DNA of 57,265 bases, filler included, from Sphacelaria rigidula (lineage: Eukaryota), in NCBI GenBank assembly GCA_964200075.2. It is 7 parts of 7 records of this genome, joined end to end, with 100 filler letters (N's around TTAATTAATTAA, not from the genome) between each part and the next. Parts side by side here need not be neighbours in the genome. Positions count along the whole stretch, not along the records: positions 8,196 to 16,290 come from CAXNAA020012318.1; positions 16,391 to 24,485 come from CAXNAA020012319.1; positions 24,586 to 32,680 come from CAXNAA020012320.1; 4 more parts are not named here. One strand, 5' to 3'. This document shows, piece by piece, positions 13,808 through 24,719 of this stretch; positions within the stretch are counted from its first letter, which is position 1, and each line of letters begins with the position of its first letter. Position numbers and translations under genes: made by a program. The notes beneath the pieces are model-generated. The model saw nothing but the letters and a program-made list of their open reading frames with translations. It was not told the DNA's origin and made no database searches.

Positions 13808-14059
13808 AAGAGTGTTTCGGAGAACGGTTTCTTCGCCTCTGAGCCAGAGCGAAGAAAACTTCGAATGAAAAGGTTTGAAGGGTCAGAGTGGGCGTTATGA
13901 TTGCCTTTATCCCGAACGCCAGTCTTCAGCTGCTGTAGGGTTTGGACCAGGATAGATGGAATGACAACGCGCACTGTGAACCTCGAAAAGTGTTCACTCT
14001 GAGTATCCTTGACGCTGAATCTGAGGCAGAAAACAAACGTTGTCCAAAACTCTCTAATG

Positions 14060-14300
14060 AGTGATCGATTTCCGCACTTGAACTGACCCCCCAGTGAATC
14101 AGCCGTGGTCACATCGTGGTATACATACCCAACAAAAGCGGGACTGAGACACACTCGCTACTAGAACCGAAAAACGAACGTATACTAATAAGCGAGCGTA
14201 GTGACAGTGCACCATGAAAGCAATGATTAAGGATAAACTGGAAAATGATCCGGAAAGAAAAGGACAAGAGAAATGGGGGGGGGGAGAAAGATGAAATTTG
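14060..14300 (-). mobile_element. 3' end of a non-LTR retroelement (LINE/SINE tail)
   Basis: Homologous to 43454-43610 (GCACTTGA..CAGCCGTG.TCACAT..CACTC). The 43.5-kb copy ends in an (ATCA)n-type tail on the minus strand. Confidence 0.5.
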
Positions 14301-14876
14301 AAAAATAAATAATGAGGATGTCGGCAGCAGAGTACATACAGACGTGCACAAGGTGGGGAGGGGGCTTGGTAGGGCCACCGAGAAGGAGACAATCAACAAC
14401 CGATATGAGCATAGGGATTCTTTCGATCAGTGGCCCTCGACTCTGCAGCCTCTTCTTGTACTCGGAAATTGTTTCGGCGCACATGGGATTGTAATTGCTG
14501 CAGGCAATCGCCGTGCAAGTGAATATTTCATCGCGTGACACGGGCAAATGACTGCAGCGGTGCTGTGTTTCTTGGTACTACCTTCAATATTTCGCGTATC
14601 CAGTTATCGACTCGGAAGCTACGACTTGATGGATAGAGGGGGACGAAATCGCGGCGATTTAATTACAAACACTTCCTTTGCGTGACATGAGCGGAAGGCG
14701 ACAGTTATGTGCTTGTCAAAGGGTGTTCCTATCAACGGCGTTCTCGTTGTCGAGGTCTGAAATTTGCGTTCGTTGATGTGGGTGGATGCACATATATCGT
14801 CCGACCAGCACGGCTTTTGGCGCTTGAGGTTTGCGGATCACGGAGTTAAACCGCTTCTAATACGGCTGTCTACGTT

Positions 14877-16199
14877 TCAGTTTTGCTGATTGACTTCGGA
14901 GGGTGCGGTTAAGTGAATGGGAACCTCGTCGGGGCAATTGCACTGCACGCATACTTCCTCGCGGTACACGTGCGGATCGTCCCAATGACCGGCAGCTCCA
15001 AACGGCGATCTACCCCTTGCGCGTTCTATGTTCAGTTCGAGTATTATCGTGCGAAATGCGGGACGTATTCTTTGTGGCAAAAGGCGAAACAACCTGACGC
15101 TTCCACAGTGTGAAGTGGGCCAAACGCGGCGGTAGCTCGCTCATGAAAACCGCCCACATAACGTGTCATATGCTCGCCGGTGAATGAGGGCATTTCCGGA
15201 CGATATCATCGTTCCCTCCTTCATACATGGATATATCGGGGGCATTGGCGTTTGCACATCATGTTCTTCGCGTCAGTAGCGATGTTGCGCGGACTAACGG
15301 CAATCCTTCACGGGGGAGGGGAGTGGGGAGGGGTATATACCGTGATATCTTGAACCGGTACAGGTATGTACGCTTCCCCATCGCCTGATATGTTGTAGAG
15401 TCGTGGCCGCCGCAGATGTCCGGTGTGTTTTGTTTTCGGGGCTTTGTAACGTATCACGCTTTAAAAGAATGCGAAAAGTGCCAGTATCGGCGGACTTTTG
15501 TACCATGGAAAGATCTTCCTCAAAGCACTGTACCCAAATTGCTGTAAGTTTGTGTGCTCGGGCGATAGGATGAGTCACCTCGTTCATGACGGCGGTTTAC
15601 TTGTTCGTGAAACACTTCTTGGCGGCTCCAATGCAACGAATACTTTGAATTTCAAAAGAATAAAGCCGTACAATTATTGACTAATGCGATCGGGACAAGC
15701 TCGATCGAGCGAAAATACAGAATCTGGGTGGATACGTGGCAAGAGCACCGTTGGCCCTTGAGCCCGTAAGCCGGTCAATATTTGAGTATATATAAATCTC
15801 TTCCAGCCTTGGAATATGGTGCGGATACAAGTGCCTTGGCATCCCCAAGGCGATGAACCGTGGCAAGAGAGGGAGCCGAAGAAGACATCAAGTCCGTTGT
15901 CAGTAGGTGTTATCGGGCGATGCCAGTACATCTGTCAAGTACGAGGAGGGTTTCATTCGCAATCCTGGGTGTTTTCCGCTTTGTGATGGTATATGACTGA
16001 GGCATCGAATTAAAACTAGTTTCCTTGTGGATATGCTGATGGTCCCCAGAAACGACCAGCGGGTATGGTAGGAATCTAGTCGAATATGTGTTTGTAAGGC
16101 AGGATTCGATTCCCTGTATAATTGGCGGCTTTGGTTGAAGGCAAAAGGATTGTACCCTATTGGTCGTGTACCTGTCGCTATTACAGCCTTGATTCCCAA
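14877..16199 (-). pseudogene. Decayed coding region, product unknown
   Basis: ORFs 15900-16199, 15681-15866, 15294-15587 and 14877-15092 are all in one minus frame, separated by sporadic stops. Confidence 0.35.
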
Positions 16200-16290
16200 A
16201 AGGTATGACGCGTCACGGTGATTTTGTATTATGACAAGATTGTAAGCAGGGCAGACGGATGTTGGGGCAGCTGCCCTACCCCACTGTCCC

Positions 16291-16390
16291 NNNNNNNNNN
16301 NNNNNNNNNNNNNNNNNNNNNNNNNNNNNNNNNNTTAATTAATTAANNNNNNNNNNNNNNNNNNNNNNNNNNNNNNNNNNNNNNNNNNNN
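16291..16390. other. Artificial contig linker
   Basis: 44 N + TTAATTAATTAA + 44 N. Confidence 0.99.
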
Positions 16391-16720
16391 CAAAGGTGTC
16401 ATGACTATGGCATGCATGATCATGAGTACACCCCCCCTCCCCTCCCCAAACACTTCCTCCTGCCGTGATTTCTGCATGGCTGCATGCAGGATTTCACTCT
16501 CAAGTATACATATATATATGTGTGTGTGTGACTGTTGCGCATTTAGGAATCTTCACTGCAAAATCATTCAACGGCACATGAAATCTAGTCACGCGAGGGC
16601 GCAGCGGCATACATACGCGATACATGAAAAAAAAAAGTAATTCCAACCATGTCCTCCAAGAATCAACAACAGCAGGGCTCATACCCTTGACTCCAACTCC
16701 GACGTAAATCCGGCAAAAAC

Positions 16721-16980
16721 TGCAAGGGGCGGATGAATCATCGCTGGTTCGAATCACCAAATCTACAATTTCAGGGACCTGGCTATTCGACAGAGAGAGA
16801 AATGTTGACCGCGGGTCGGAACGTTCTCAACGCAATTTTGCGCTTTTTCAGGTGCCTGGGGTGCGCGTACCTATGGTGCAACGCTGAAAACAAAGCCCAG
16901 GAATCGATTCGTACGGTATGGATCAATCACACTGGAATCAAGCAATTCGCAGACAAAAGGTCATTCGTCTGACCCTTGAA
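16721..16980 (+). mobile_element. ~260-bp MITE with CAAGGG-type TIRs
   Basis: Imperfect TIRs TGCAAGGGGCGGATGAATCA and TCATTCGTCTGACCCTTGAA. An inverted homolog lies at 32997-33270. Confidence 0.75.
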
Positions 16981-17076
16981 AACTTGGGACAGGCAAAAGC
17001 TCATACAAGAAAAAAAAACCACATGGCAATCGTATTTCATGGAAGATGCGTTTTTTGGCCTTGGCAACCATCTCAC

Positions 17077-17312
17077 CTGACTCGCAAGGTGTCCAGCGGG
17101 TAAGAAACGATCACGCCGGCGACGCCGCCGGCAGTTCCCGCCAAGAGGGTTTCGAACGCGGTAGGCGAGCGCTGCTTCTTGGCACTGACGGTAGTTATGT
17201 CAGACAGCGGTCGTTTTCGTCTCTTCCCAAGGGGAGCACCAGAGATACCCGCCGAGGCATACCGGATATTTTTCGTGGCATCATCGGGATGCACGGATCC
17301 CGGCGCGCTTTC
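17077..17312 (-). CDS. Internal exon of a mitochondrial carrier family (SLC25/MCF) gene, first repeat
   Basis: Acceptor ...CGGACAG|GAA and donor AG|GTGAGA. Encodes ...AFETLLAGTAGGVAGVIVSYPLDTLRV(R), i.e. helix 1 plus the Px[D/E]xx[K/R]x[K/R] carrier signature. The 5' boundary is less certain than the 3'. Confidence 0.85.
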
Positions 17313-17367
17313 CTGTCCGACGGAGATGGTCCAGGGGTGCGCGGGGGAGGGGGGGCGGGGGAGGGCG

Positions 17368-17579
17368 GGGGGTACTCATTTGTTGCTCGCCTTAGTCGTT
17401 CGGCCATTGGCCATGCCTTCCTTTCGAGACGGAGCACCGTTGGGGGAGGAGGGGGGGGTACTCATTTGTTGCTCGACTTAGTCGTTCGGCTATTGACCAC
17501 GCATCCCTTTCGAGATGGAGCACCGTTGGGGGAGGGTGTACTCATGATCATGCATGCCATGGTCATAAGACCATTGACC
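17368..17579. repeat. Two ~85-bp direct repeats followed by a dispersed repeat containing GTACTCATGATCATGCATGCC
   Basis: GGTACTCATTTGTTGCTCG..GGAGCACCGTTGGGGGAGG occurs twice. Reverse-complement copies of 17534-17579 begin segments 3 (16391) and 4 (24586). Confidence 0.8.
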
Positions 17580-17789
17580 TCGCACGGGAGGAGGGGAGGG
17601 GGGGGGAGGGGGCGGGGGACAAGGAGTCATGTTGGAACCCCTACGATGTATTTCTCAAGCGTCGGTCGAGGACGCGTGCTTTCGAGTATGAAGAATTTTC
17701 CATAAAATTTCCGTCGTGAATAATACTTGGTTTCGGGACGGATCGCCCGAGAACAGACCAGAACTCAAACCCCGCGCTGCTTCCCCTTG

Positions 17790-18245
17790 TAGGTGTTGTG
17801 GGTGTTGCCATCTATTCTGGACCCCAGTCTTCACCTTTCGGCATATGTAAGCGATTCCGTCGGAGTCACACGGGGGGAAGGTCAACACAGGAGATGTTCC
17901 TTCTTATTTGTTTTTAGTACCCCATCTTCCTTCTGCGGTGTTCACCTTTTTTTTTATCGCGAGAGGAGTTCAGTCGTCCCTTTCCCTCGTCGACCGTTAA
18001 CCCTTAGACCGCGAGGTTAGTCTTCTGTTGAATCGGCATCAATTTCAAGTGAAAAAAAGCATGCATGATCCAGAAAGACTGATCCTGCGGTCTAAGGGTA
18101 AAGTCGAATTTTGTGTACCCACGACATGGTCGCTCATCACTGTTGAGCATGGTGTGAGAAAAATCTCAGATCGTGTGACTGCACCGAGATTCGAACCCAC
18201 CACCCAACCGTCAGAAGGTTCGAGGTCACCAACTGATCCACCGGG

Positions 18246-18248
<3 letters not shown>
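17790..18248 (-). mobile_element. Near full-length tRNA-derived SINE, interrupted by a MITE
   Basis: Head with A/B boxes at 18180-18248 (homologous to 1-77). Body homologous to 18278-18388 plus 19857-19965. Confidence 0.8.
18001..18098. mobile_element. 98-bp piggyBac-like MITE nested in a SINE
   Basis: Perfect 12-bp TIR CCCTTAGACCGC/GCGGTCTAAGGG, extending imperfectly to ~26 bp. Flanked by TTAA (left) and TAAA (right). The SINE copy at ~19945 shows the empty site CGACCGTGAAGTCG. Confidence 0.85.
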
Positions 18249-18278
<30 letters not shown>

Positions 18279-19965
18279 GTCCCATCTATTCTGGACGCCG
18301 GTCTACACCTTTCGGTGTATGAGGGCGAACCAGCCGGGGTCACAAAGGAGGAAGGTCAACACAGGAGTTTCTTCTTTTGTTCGTTTCTCAGGCGATGGCT
18401 TAGACATGGAATGCCTTCTCGTTTTTTGCCGAAGAAACGTACGAAATATGACCAGGAACGCGAAAACCGCCATACACGCCATTTTGACCGTTTTCGCTCC
18501 GAATATTTCACGCATATCATTCAGGGGGGACACTGGCACCCAGGCCTCGAAAAAAAACGGGAAAAAAACATGTTACTCGCGAGATAATCTGGCCATGCGT
18601 GAAAGGACGTCTCGCCTCCAGGAACTACGTACCCTTTCTAGGCCACAATTCGGCCAGGTATACCTGATCTAGGAGTTTTTGAATCGTACCTCATCTGGGC
18701 TACCCGTCAGCCCAGAAATAGTACCTGCCCTGGGCCATCGCTTCCCACACTGTACCTGATGCGGCACTGCGCGCAAGGGAATCTACGCGCCAACTCCAAC
18801 CATGTCCTCCACGCATTCGGCTCTTTTCCCGCCCATTCGCCGTTCACGAACGCCACAACGACCACACCCCTTTCTCCCCGGTGGTGATGGTTCCCGAGTC
18901 TCTCCGCATCGACACAAGAACTGGACTCACAAATCACAATGCTTCGGTCTTTCGCGGTTGCGGAGGGTTATGTTACATCGTGCCGTTGCAATCTGGGGGC
19001 TGGTGTCATATTCCTTCTGGTACCCTTCTCCCCCACAATCGTATGTTGCTGGCAGGTGTCCATTTGTTGTGTCGTTTTCAAGTCAAAGTGATGTCAATTC
19101 ACAGCTTTTAATAAAATGGCATCATTTTGAGTTGAAAGCAAAACTGATAGAAAGTGGCACAAACATGCCGTTGTGCCGAGTCCGGTCCCAACAACTTCAA
19201 CCCTTTGAGAACCGGACTCCTACTCGTAGCAACATGATGTTTGCACACGGGGACCTGTTTGAGCATCGGCCTGATGTTCACTTGTTTTCAAGTAAAAGTG
19301 ATCGCGACTCAGAAAAAGGTCACTGCGTGCCAACATCCTGTTTCTGGGAGTCCGGTCCCAACAGGGTTCATGGTTGTGGCGATAAGATTAGTAGCATGTG
19401 GTCGTCGTGGCGTTCGTGAACGGCAAATGTGCGGGGAAAGACCTGAATATGTGGGCACCATGGTTGGAGTTGGCGCGGAGATTCCCTTGCGCGCAGTGTG
19501 CCGCATCAGGTACAGTGTGGGAGGCGATGGCCCAGGACAGGTACTTTCTGGGCCGACTGCTGGACCAGATAAGGTACGATTGAAAACTAATTCTTAGGTC
19601 AGGTATACTTGGGGTGCGTGATTTCTGGAGGCGAGACGTCCTTCTGCGCATGGCCATATCTCGCCGGTAACATCATGTTTCTGCTGGACTTTTTTCGAGG
19701 CTCGGGTGCCGAGGAGCCCCCCGATTGCTGTGCATGAAAAATGCGGAGTGAAGTCGGTGTAGATTGCGTGTCTTGCTAATTTCGCGTTCCTGGTCATTTT
19801 TCGTACCTTTCTTACAGAAAATACGAGAAGTTTTACCTTTTCTAGGCCATTGCCCTTATTCATTGGTACTCTACTTTCCTGTTGCGGTGCTTGACATTAT
19901 ATTTTTTTCTCGCGAAAGGGGTACAGCGGTCCCTTGTCCTCGTCGACCGTGAAGTCGGATATTGG
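18249..19965 (-). mobile_element. Second SINE copy with (CA)n tail, 5'-truncated, split by a foldback element
   Basis: (GT)n at 18248-18276 and body at 18278-18388. The body resumes at 19857-19965, colinear with the 17790 copy. Confidence 0.7.
18389..19856. mobile_element. ~1.47-kb non-autonomous foldback (MULE-like) element with ~470-bp inverted arms
   Basis: 18389-18866 is the reverse complement of 19397-19856, and the ORF track shows mirrored peptides. A third partial arm lies at ~23020-23251. No clean TSD. Confidence 0.85.
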
Positions 19966-22122
19966 GTTGTTACTGGTGTTATTGTTGTCGTCGTTGTCTT
20001 CACATCAAAAACCGTTCCGATATCTGCGCGGTACATTCGTACTGGGCATCTGATGCGGACGCCTTCCGTGGTCACAGGAGAGCCACCTATAATACGGTAT
20101 GAGGAAATCAAACAAACTAAAAAATAAAAACTTTAGATCGCAACTCACAAAACGCGATACAAGCAAAACAGGGATAAATGATAAAGGAAAGAGAGAATAC
20201 AAATGGCTAACCTAAGAATATCCGGTGCCGCAGGTGCCCATTCGGACTTCAGGGGGTGGCACCCGACTTTTCACTTCGGCGCGCGAGGCCGAGTAGAAAT
20301 GAACATTAGGATGTAAAAAATAAAATCTTGCAATTTATCCATTTTATGAGGAATTCGATTGGGTTGGATAGGTATAGTATGAACGGGTTGGGGTTGAGGT
20401 TGGGCTGGAGTTGGGGGTGGGTTGTTCGATGGGTTGGGTTTTCATGCTGTTTTTTTTTTGGGGGGGGGGGGAAGGGGGACACAATATCATGCGATACGCA
20501 TGCTCACGTCTGGTGTCTGGATCAATCTCTGCCGAGACTCCCCAAAACAGCTCAGTCCATTGACCTACGCAGCCGCAAAAATGAGCTCCTACACGGCAGT
20601 TCCATCACCCCCGCCTTGCCAAGGATAGAAAAACATGCTAGAAATTAGACTTAACCACGTATAAGACATACTTTCAGCCCATTCAAGGCACATATATACG
20701 TAAGTGTCTCAAACTCGAGGTAATCGGCAATTTAGACCTTATTGTACATGGACACCACCCGGGAACCTCGAGTTTGACACACCTCTTCTGCATCGCACAC
20801 CAGCGGTAACATAAACCACGGATGTTCATCTCCTGCGGGTGCAGTGAGGTTCTCAGCATAGTCGGGTGGGTCGTCAACCCGGCATGGCCACGCTCTTCTT
20901 AGACACTGCACTACAGGATACGGGCTGGTACCCCTCCCCTCCCTCAGAATGAGTCTGTAGCCTCAAGCGGTAGCCCCATATCTTTCCCTCCCCCCCCCCA
21001 TTCACGTCTTTGATTTCTGCATCGCTGATTGGATCTGTAATCCCGTACGGCGTCAACTCTCGTCAAAATTACTCGTGTGCTGCTCTCGTCCCCACGTTTT
21101 CCACGTCAGAAATGAGATATTTTTCCAGAAAAAGAACACTGAACCCACATGTGTCCCCGCAATCTTCCGCTCTTGCTGATTTCAGTCGTGCCAGGTAAAC
21201 CGCTAGAGCCAGGCGACATGCTAGCGTAGCAGATCCACCTCTTGGCAAGTTATCCTGTACCACTCTCTTGGAACACTGTCTACATGTAATCCAAGGACAA
21301 GTATGCGTGTTGTTCGATAATTGCACGATGCATCATACCAGCGCCGACTGCACGATGGCCGACGGTCCCGGAGAAAAGCCACCGCATCAACGAAACGTGT
21401 CGTGAGTGCAGCAGAAATAGACGCTGCCGAGTCCATCATCCCGTGTTAGTAGTCAGAGTACAGCGGTGCCCAGATTCACGTGGACAGCGCGCCAGTTCGA
21501 GCTGGTGCACAACGCTTGTACGGCAAGTACTGTCTGCACCTCATACCATGCCAGTATCCGTATCCAGCATGGATTTATAGGAGCAAGACGTACAGTGCGA
21601 ATCTTCTTCTCTATATGGTGGCCAGAGTAGTGGCCAGTCTCTCGCCCGACACCGCTACATACAAGTATCGTGATATTCAACAAGACTACTGGGCACGAAC
21701 GAACAAAATAGCCCGCCACCACAGCACCGCACTGACTCCACCAAATATGTAATCCTGGAGCATCTGTGGTCGGTTTGTTTCATTTGTACTGGGCGTACTG
21801 TACAGTATTTTCAAGAAGTGCCGATTCATACATTGATCAAATATCGCGTCACATCTCGCGACGCTTTTTGAAATGTACAACAGCACAACATTACTGTCTC
21901 GAACTGACTATATCGGTGCGGTTGGGGATTTCAGACACCGCCCGCTCTCGATCATCCCTAAGCATGTAGGAGCTTGATCACCCCACACCCACATGCGAAG
22001 AGCATTCGGAAGACCACAACTCCGCAAGCTCTACACTACACGTACTTCGACAACCGATAGACGCAGGCACCTTGTACGTGATCTACCGTGTTTCGACACA
22101 TCACGTACACCGACACACATAC

Positions 22123-22295
22123 CCACCAATACAACGAGCGCTCCAGCAGGTCAGGAGCAGATCTGCCTCACTTTCCTCTGAACGCACCTCGATGTCGGTG
22201 CCATGGCTGATTTCCAGCTCCGAACCCCACGTCGCCACGATCATGAGCGCTGCCAACACGCACGTCACCCGCATCCTTCCTAGCAGCACCTTCAT
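22123..22295 (-). CDS. Candidate first exon with a signal-peptide-like N-terminus
   Basis: MKVLLGRMRVTCVLAALMIVATWGSELEISH..., followed by a GG|GTATGT donor-like site. I recognise no homology. Confidence 0.3.
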
Positions 22296-23269
22296 GGTTC
22301 TGTCTTCTGTGCTGTCAAACTAGCGTTTTATATGCTCTGTTGGTGTTGCAATTCAATGTAAGAGCCTCCAACTCAGTTCCACATGGCTTGTTCCCTGGGG
22401 CGCTGAGCCCTGATAGCGCTCTAACGTGCCGCCGCGTGTCTCTTGGTCGAGTGTTTCTGTTGCTACTACTGATGAAGAAGCTTTACGCGTGATAACAATA
22501 GAGCAAAGTACTGCCGCCCTTTATTCAACTGATGCTTTATATCTTGACTCTTCTGTTACACTGGATGAAGTACCCGTTAGAACCTGAACACTAAAGTGGG
22601 CAGCACATGCTGCTGCTGGCTGAATTCAGCTCCAGATGATTCAGCTGCTATGATGCAGCTGCTAGTTGCAGATATTTCGACATTTCAAATTCAACCGCAA
22701 TTGGTTTTTGTCACTTTGTACCGCTGATGGTCATGCTCCTCTGAGACGAACCGATTTGTCAGACCGGCGGTCTTATGGCCCTGGCCGAGGCAAGGTCGCA
22801 CAAATAAATGAAGACGGTCAAATATGGGGGGAAAGGGGGCGGCATGCGTCGATCGTTGGGACACTAACCATACGTCCTCCAGAGGGCAGATCGTGATCGT
22901 TCTAGAGCTACAGATGGACGGATTTCTAATCGCCCCTGCCTTCTTGCTTTTTGACACACACAGGGATGCTGGGTTGATTAGATATACCTGGAGCTACTTA
23001 TTATCGATGTAAAACAAAAGAGGGCAATGGACTGGGAAAATATACCTTCTCGTACTTTGCCTAAGCTTAAAGAAAGGTACGAAAAACGCTCGGAACGCGA
23101 AAATAGCAAAACACACAATCTACACCGATCTCACTCCGAATTCTTCATGCACAGCAATCGGGGGGCTCCTCGGCACCCGGGCCTCGGAAAAAATCTAGGA
23201 GAAAAATAATTATGTTACTCGCGAGATGATATGGCCATGGGTAAAAGGACGCAATAATAATCAGTTTTA

Positions 23270-23757
23270 CTCAGAGTTGGACACTGAAATTTGGTATGGA
23301 CAATCAACGGGGCATAAAAAAAGCTGTTTGTGTGGTCCCAATTTTTTTTTTTTCATGAGTTGAAGGCAATAGTCAGCTTTAAGGTTTTGGGAGAGAGAGA
23401 TGCCACGGTAGGGTTGTACTTTTTGAGTGAAAATGTTTCTCGGGGGGTGTTGCACGGATCATTTTGAGAATCGGCATCATTCTTACTTGAAAAAGATTGA
23501 AAATGATGCCGATTCACGAAAAGACCCCTGTGTGCATCTCCATGTCCTGTCCCCGGAGTTTTTGGTTGCACAGTAAGCCCCACATATTTGAGCTCCTACA
23601 AAAACGAGACCCAGAAACAAAAAGTGCAACCCCTATCGTAGCATTGCTCGAGAATGCCGTTTAATCACAAAAACAAAACAAAAAATGGGACCCCACACAC
23701 GTTTTTTTTATATGTCCTGCTGATTTTCCATACCAAATTTCACTGTCCACCTCCGAG
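23270..23757. mobile_element. Tc1/mariner-type foldback MITE with TA target duplication
   Basis: TA|CTCAGAGTTGGACACTGAAATTTGGTATGG ... CCATACCAAATTTCACTGTCCACCTCCGAG|TA. Inverted pairing continues internally (23400 vs 23621-23643). Confidence 0.85.
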
Positions 23758-24485
23758 TAAAAAATTACGAATTCGCCTGCAAACTACACATACAACATGA
23801 CAGTGGATCCTGGAAAATGGGGTCCATCTCAAAAATGAGGTTGAAGGGGCATTTCTTTTCTGCAGGGATGACGCGAAACACTTACTACGCCGAGCGAAGT
23901 CATCTCCCCCCCCAAATGTCCGCAGATGTTAAGCAGCTGTGGCCAGGTGCACCCAACGAATGCGGTGTACACGCGTGTCGATGACGATATCACCAGAGAG
24001 AGAAGCAATGGTGGAGAGGAAGCTCCTCGCCCGCGTCCTTTGTGTGTCCTCGCTCGGCGATTATCAATCGCTGGAGAGACTGGCATGATACGTGTTACCA
24101 GCATGTCAAATTACTGCTGCACAGCCCCTCAAAGTGCGGAAGGATTTCGTCTCGTCTTGATCTTTCTCTGCCACTCTTTTTTTGACAGGATGCGCCTCTG
24201 TGCGCTGCAGATAACGGCGGTGTTCCCGTCACCGCTACTACTGCCATCAGTCACACACATACCAGCGAGGACGGTGCTTCGGCAATGACGCATGTATCCA
24301 ATTTGAACTTGGGGGGTATTATTCATCGTTAATTTTACCCCACATCTGACCCTCTGGGTGCCCGACGAGAAGAGCGCGTGTCACACGCCAGTCGAGGGGG
24401 GTGTATGATCGATCAAACACTTAACAGCCGATTTCATATTTTGGGGTTCATACAAAATATGGGGTTGAAGTGGCATATCTGTCTT

Positions 24486-24585
24486 NNNNNNNNNNNNNNN
24501 NNNNNNNNNNNNNNNNNNNNNNNNNNNNNTTAATTAATTAANNNNNNNNNNNNNNNNNNNNNNNNNNNNNNNNNNNNNNNNNNNN
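24486..24585. other. Artificial contig linker
   Basis: 44 N + TTAATTAATTAA + 44 N. Confidence 0.99.
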
Positions 24586-24719
24586 AATGGTCTTATGACT
24601 ATGGCATGCATGATCATGGGTACACCCTCCTCCCCCCCGCCACCGCCGCCCGGAGGCCACTCTCGGATGTCCCTGCACTGTCAGCTTGTGAAATTATTTT
24701 GAGGCGACGCTCGCTGTTG

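Noticed and set aside
16391..17579. Pack-type transposon capturing the SLC25 exon between inverted repeats
   Set aside because: The inverted copies exist, but homology among the three copies stops at the C/G tract facing the exon and runs outward to the contig edges. This fits two independent intronic insertions. A TSD cannot be seen because the contig is truncated.
18028..19863. ORFs of 60-214 aa in the SINE/foldback cluster
   Set aside because: They cross element boundaries and microsatellites, and mirrored arms do not conserve frame.
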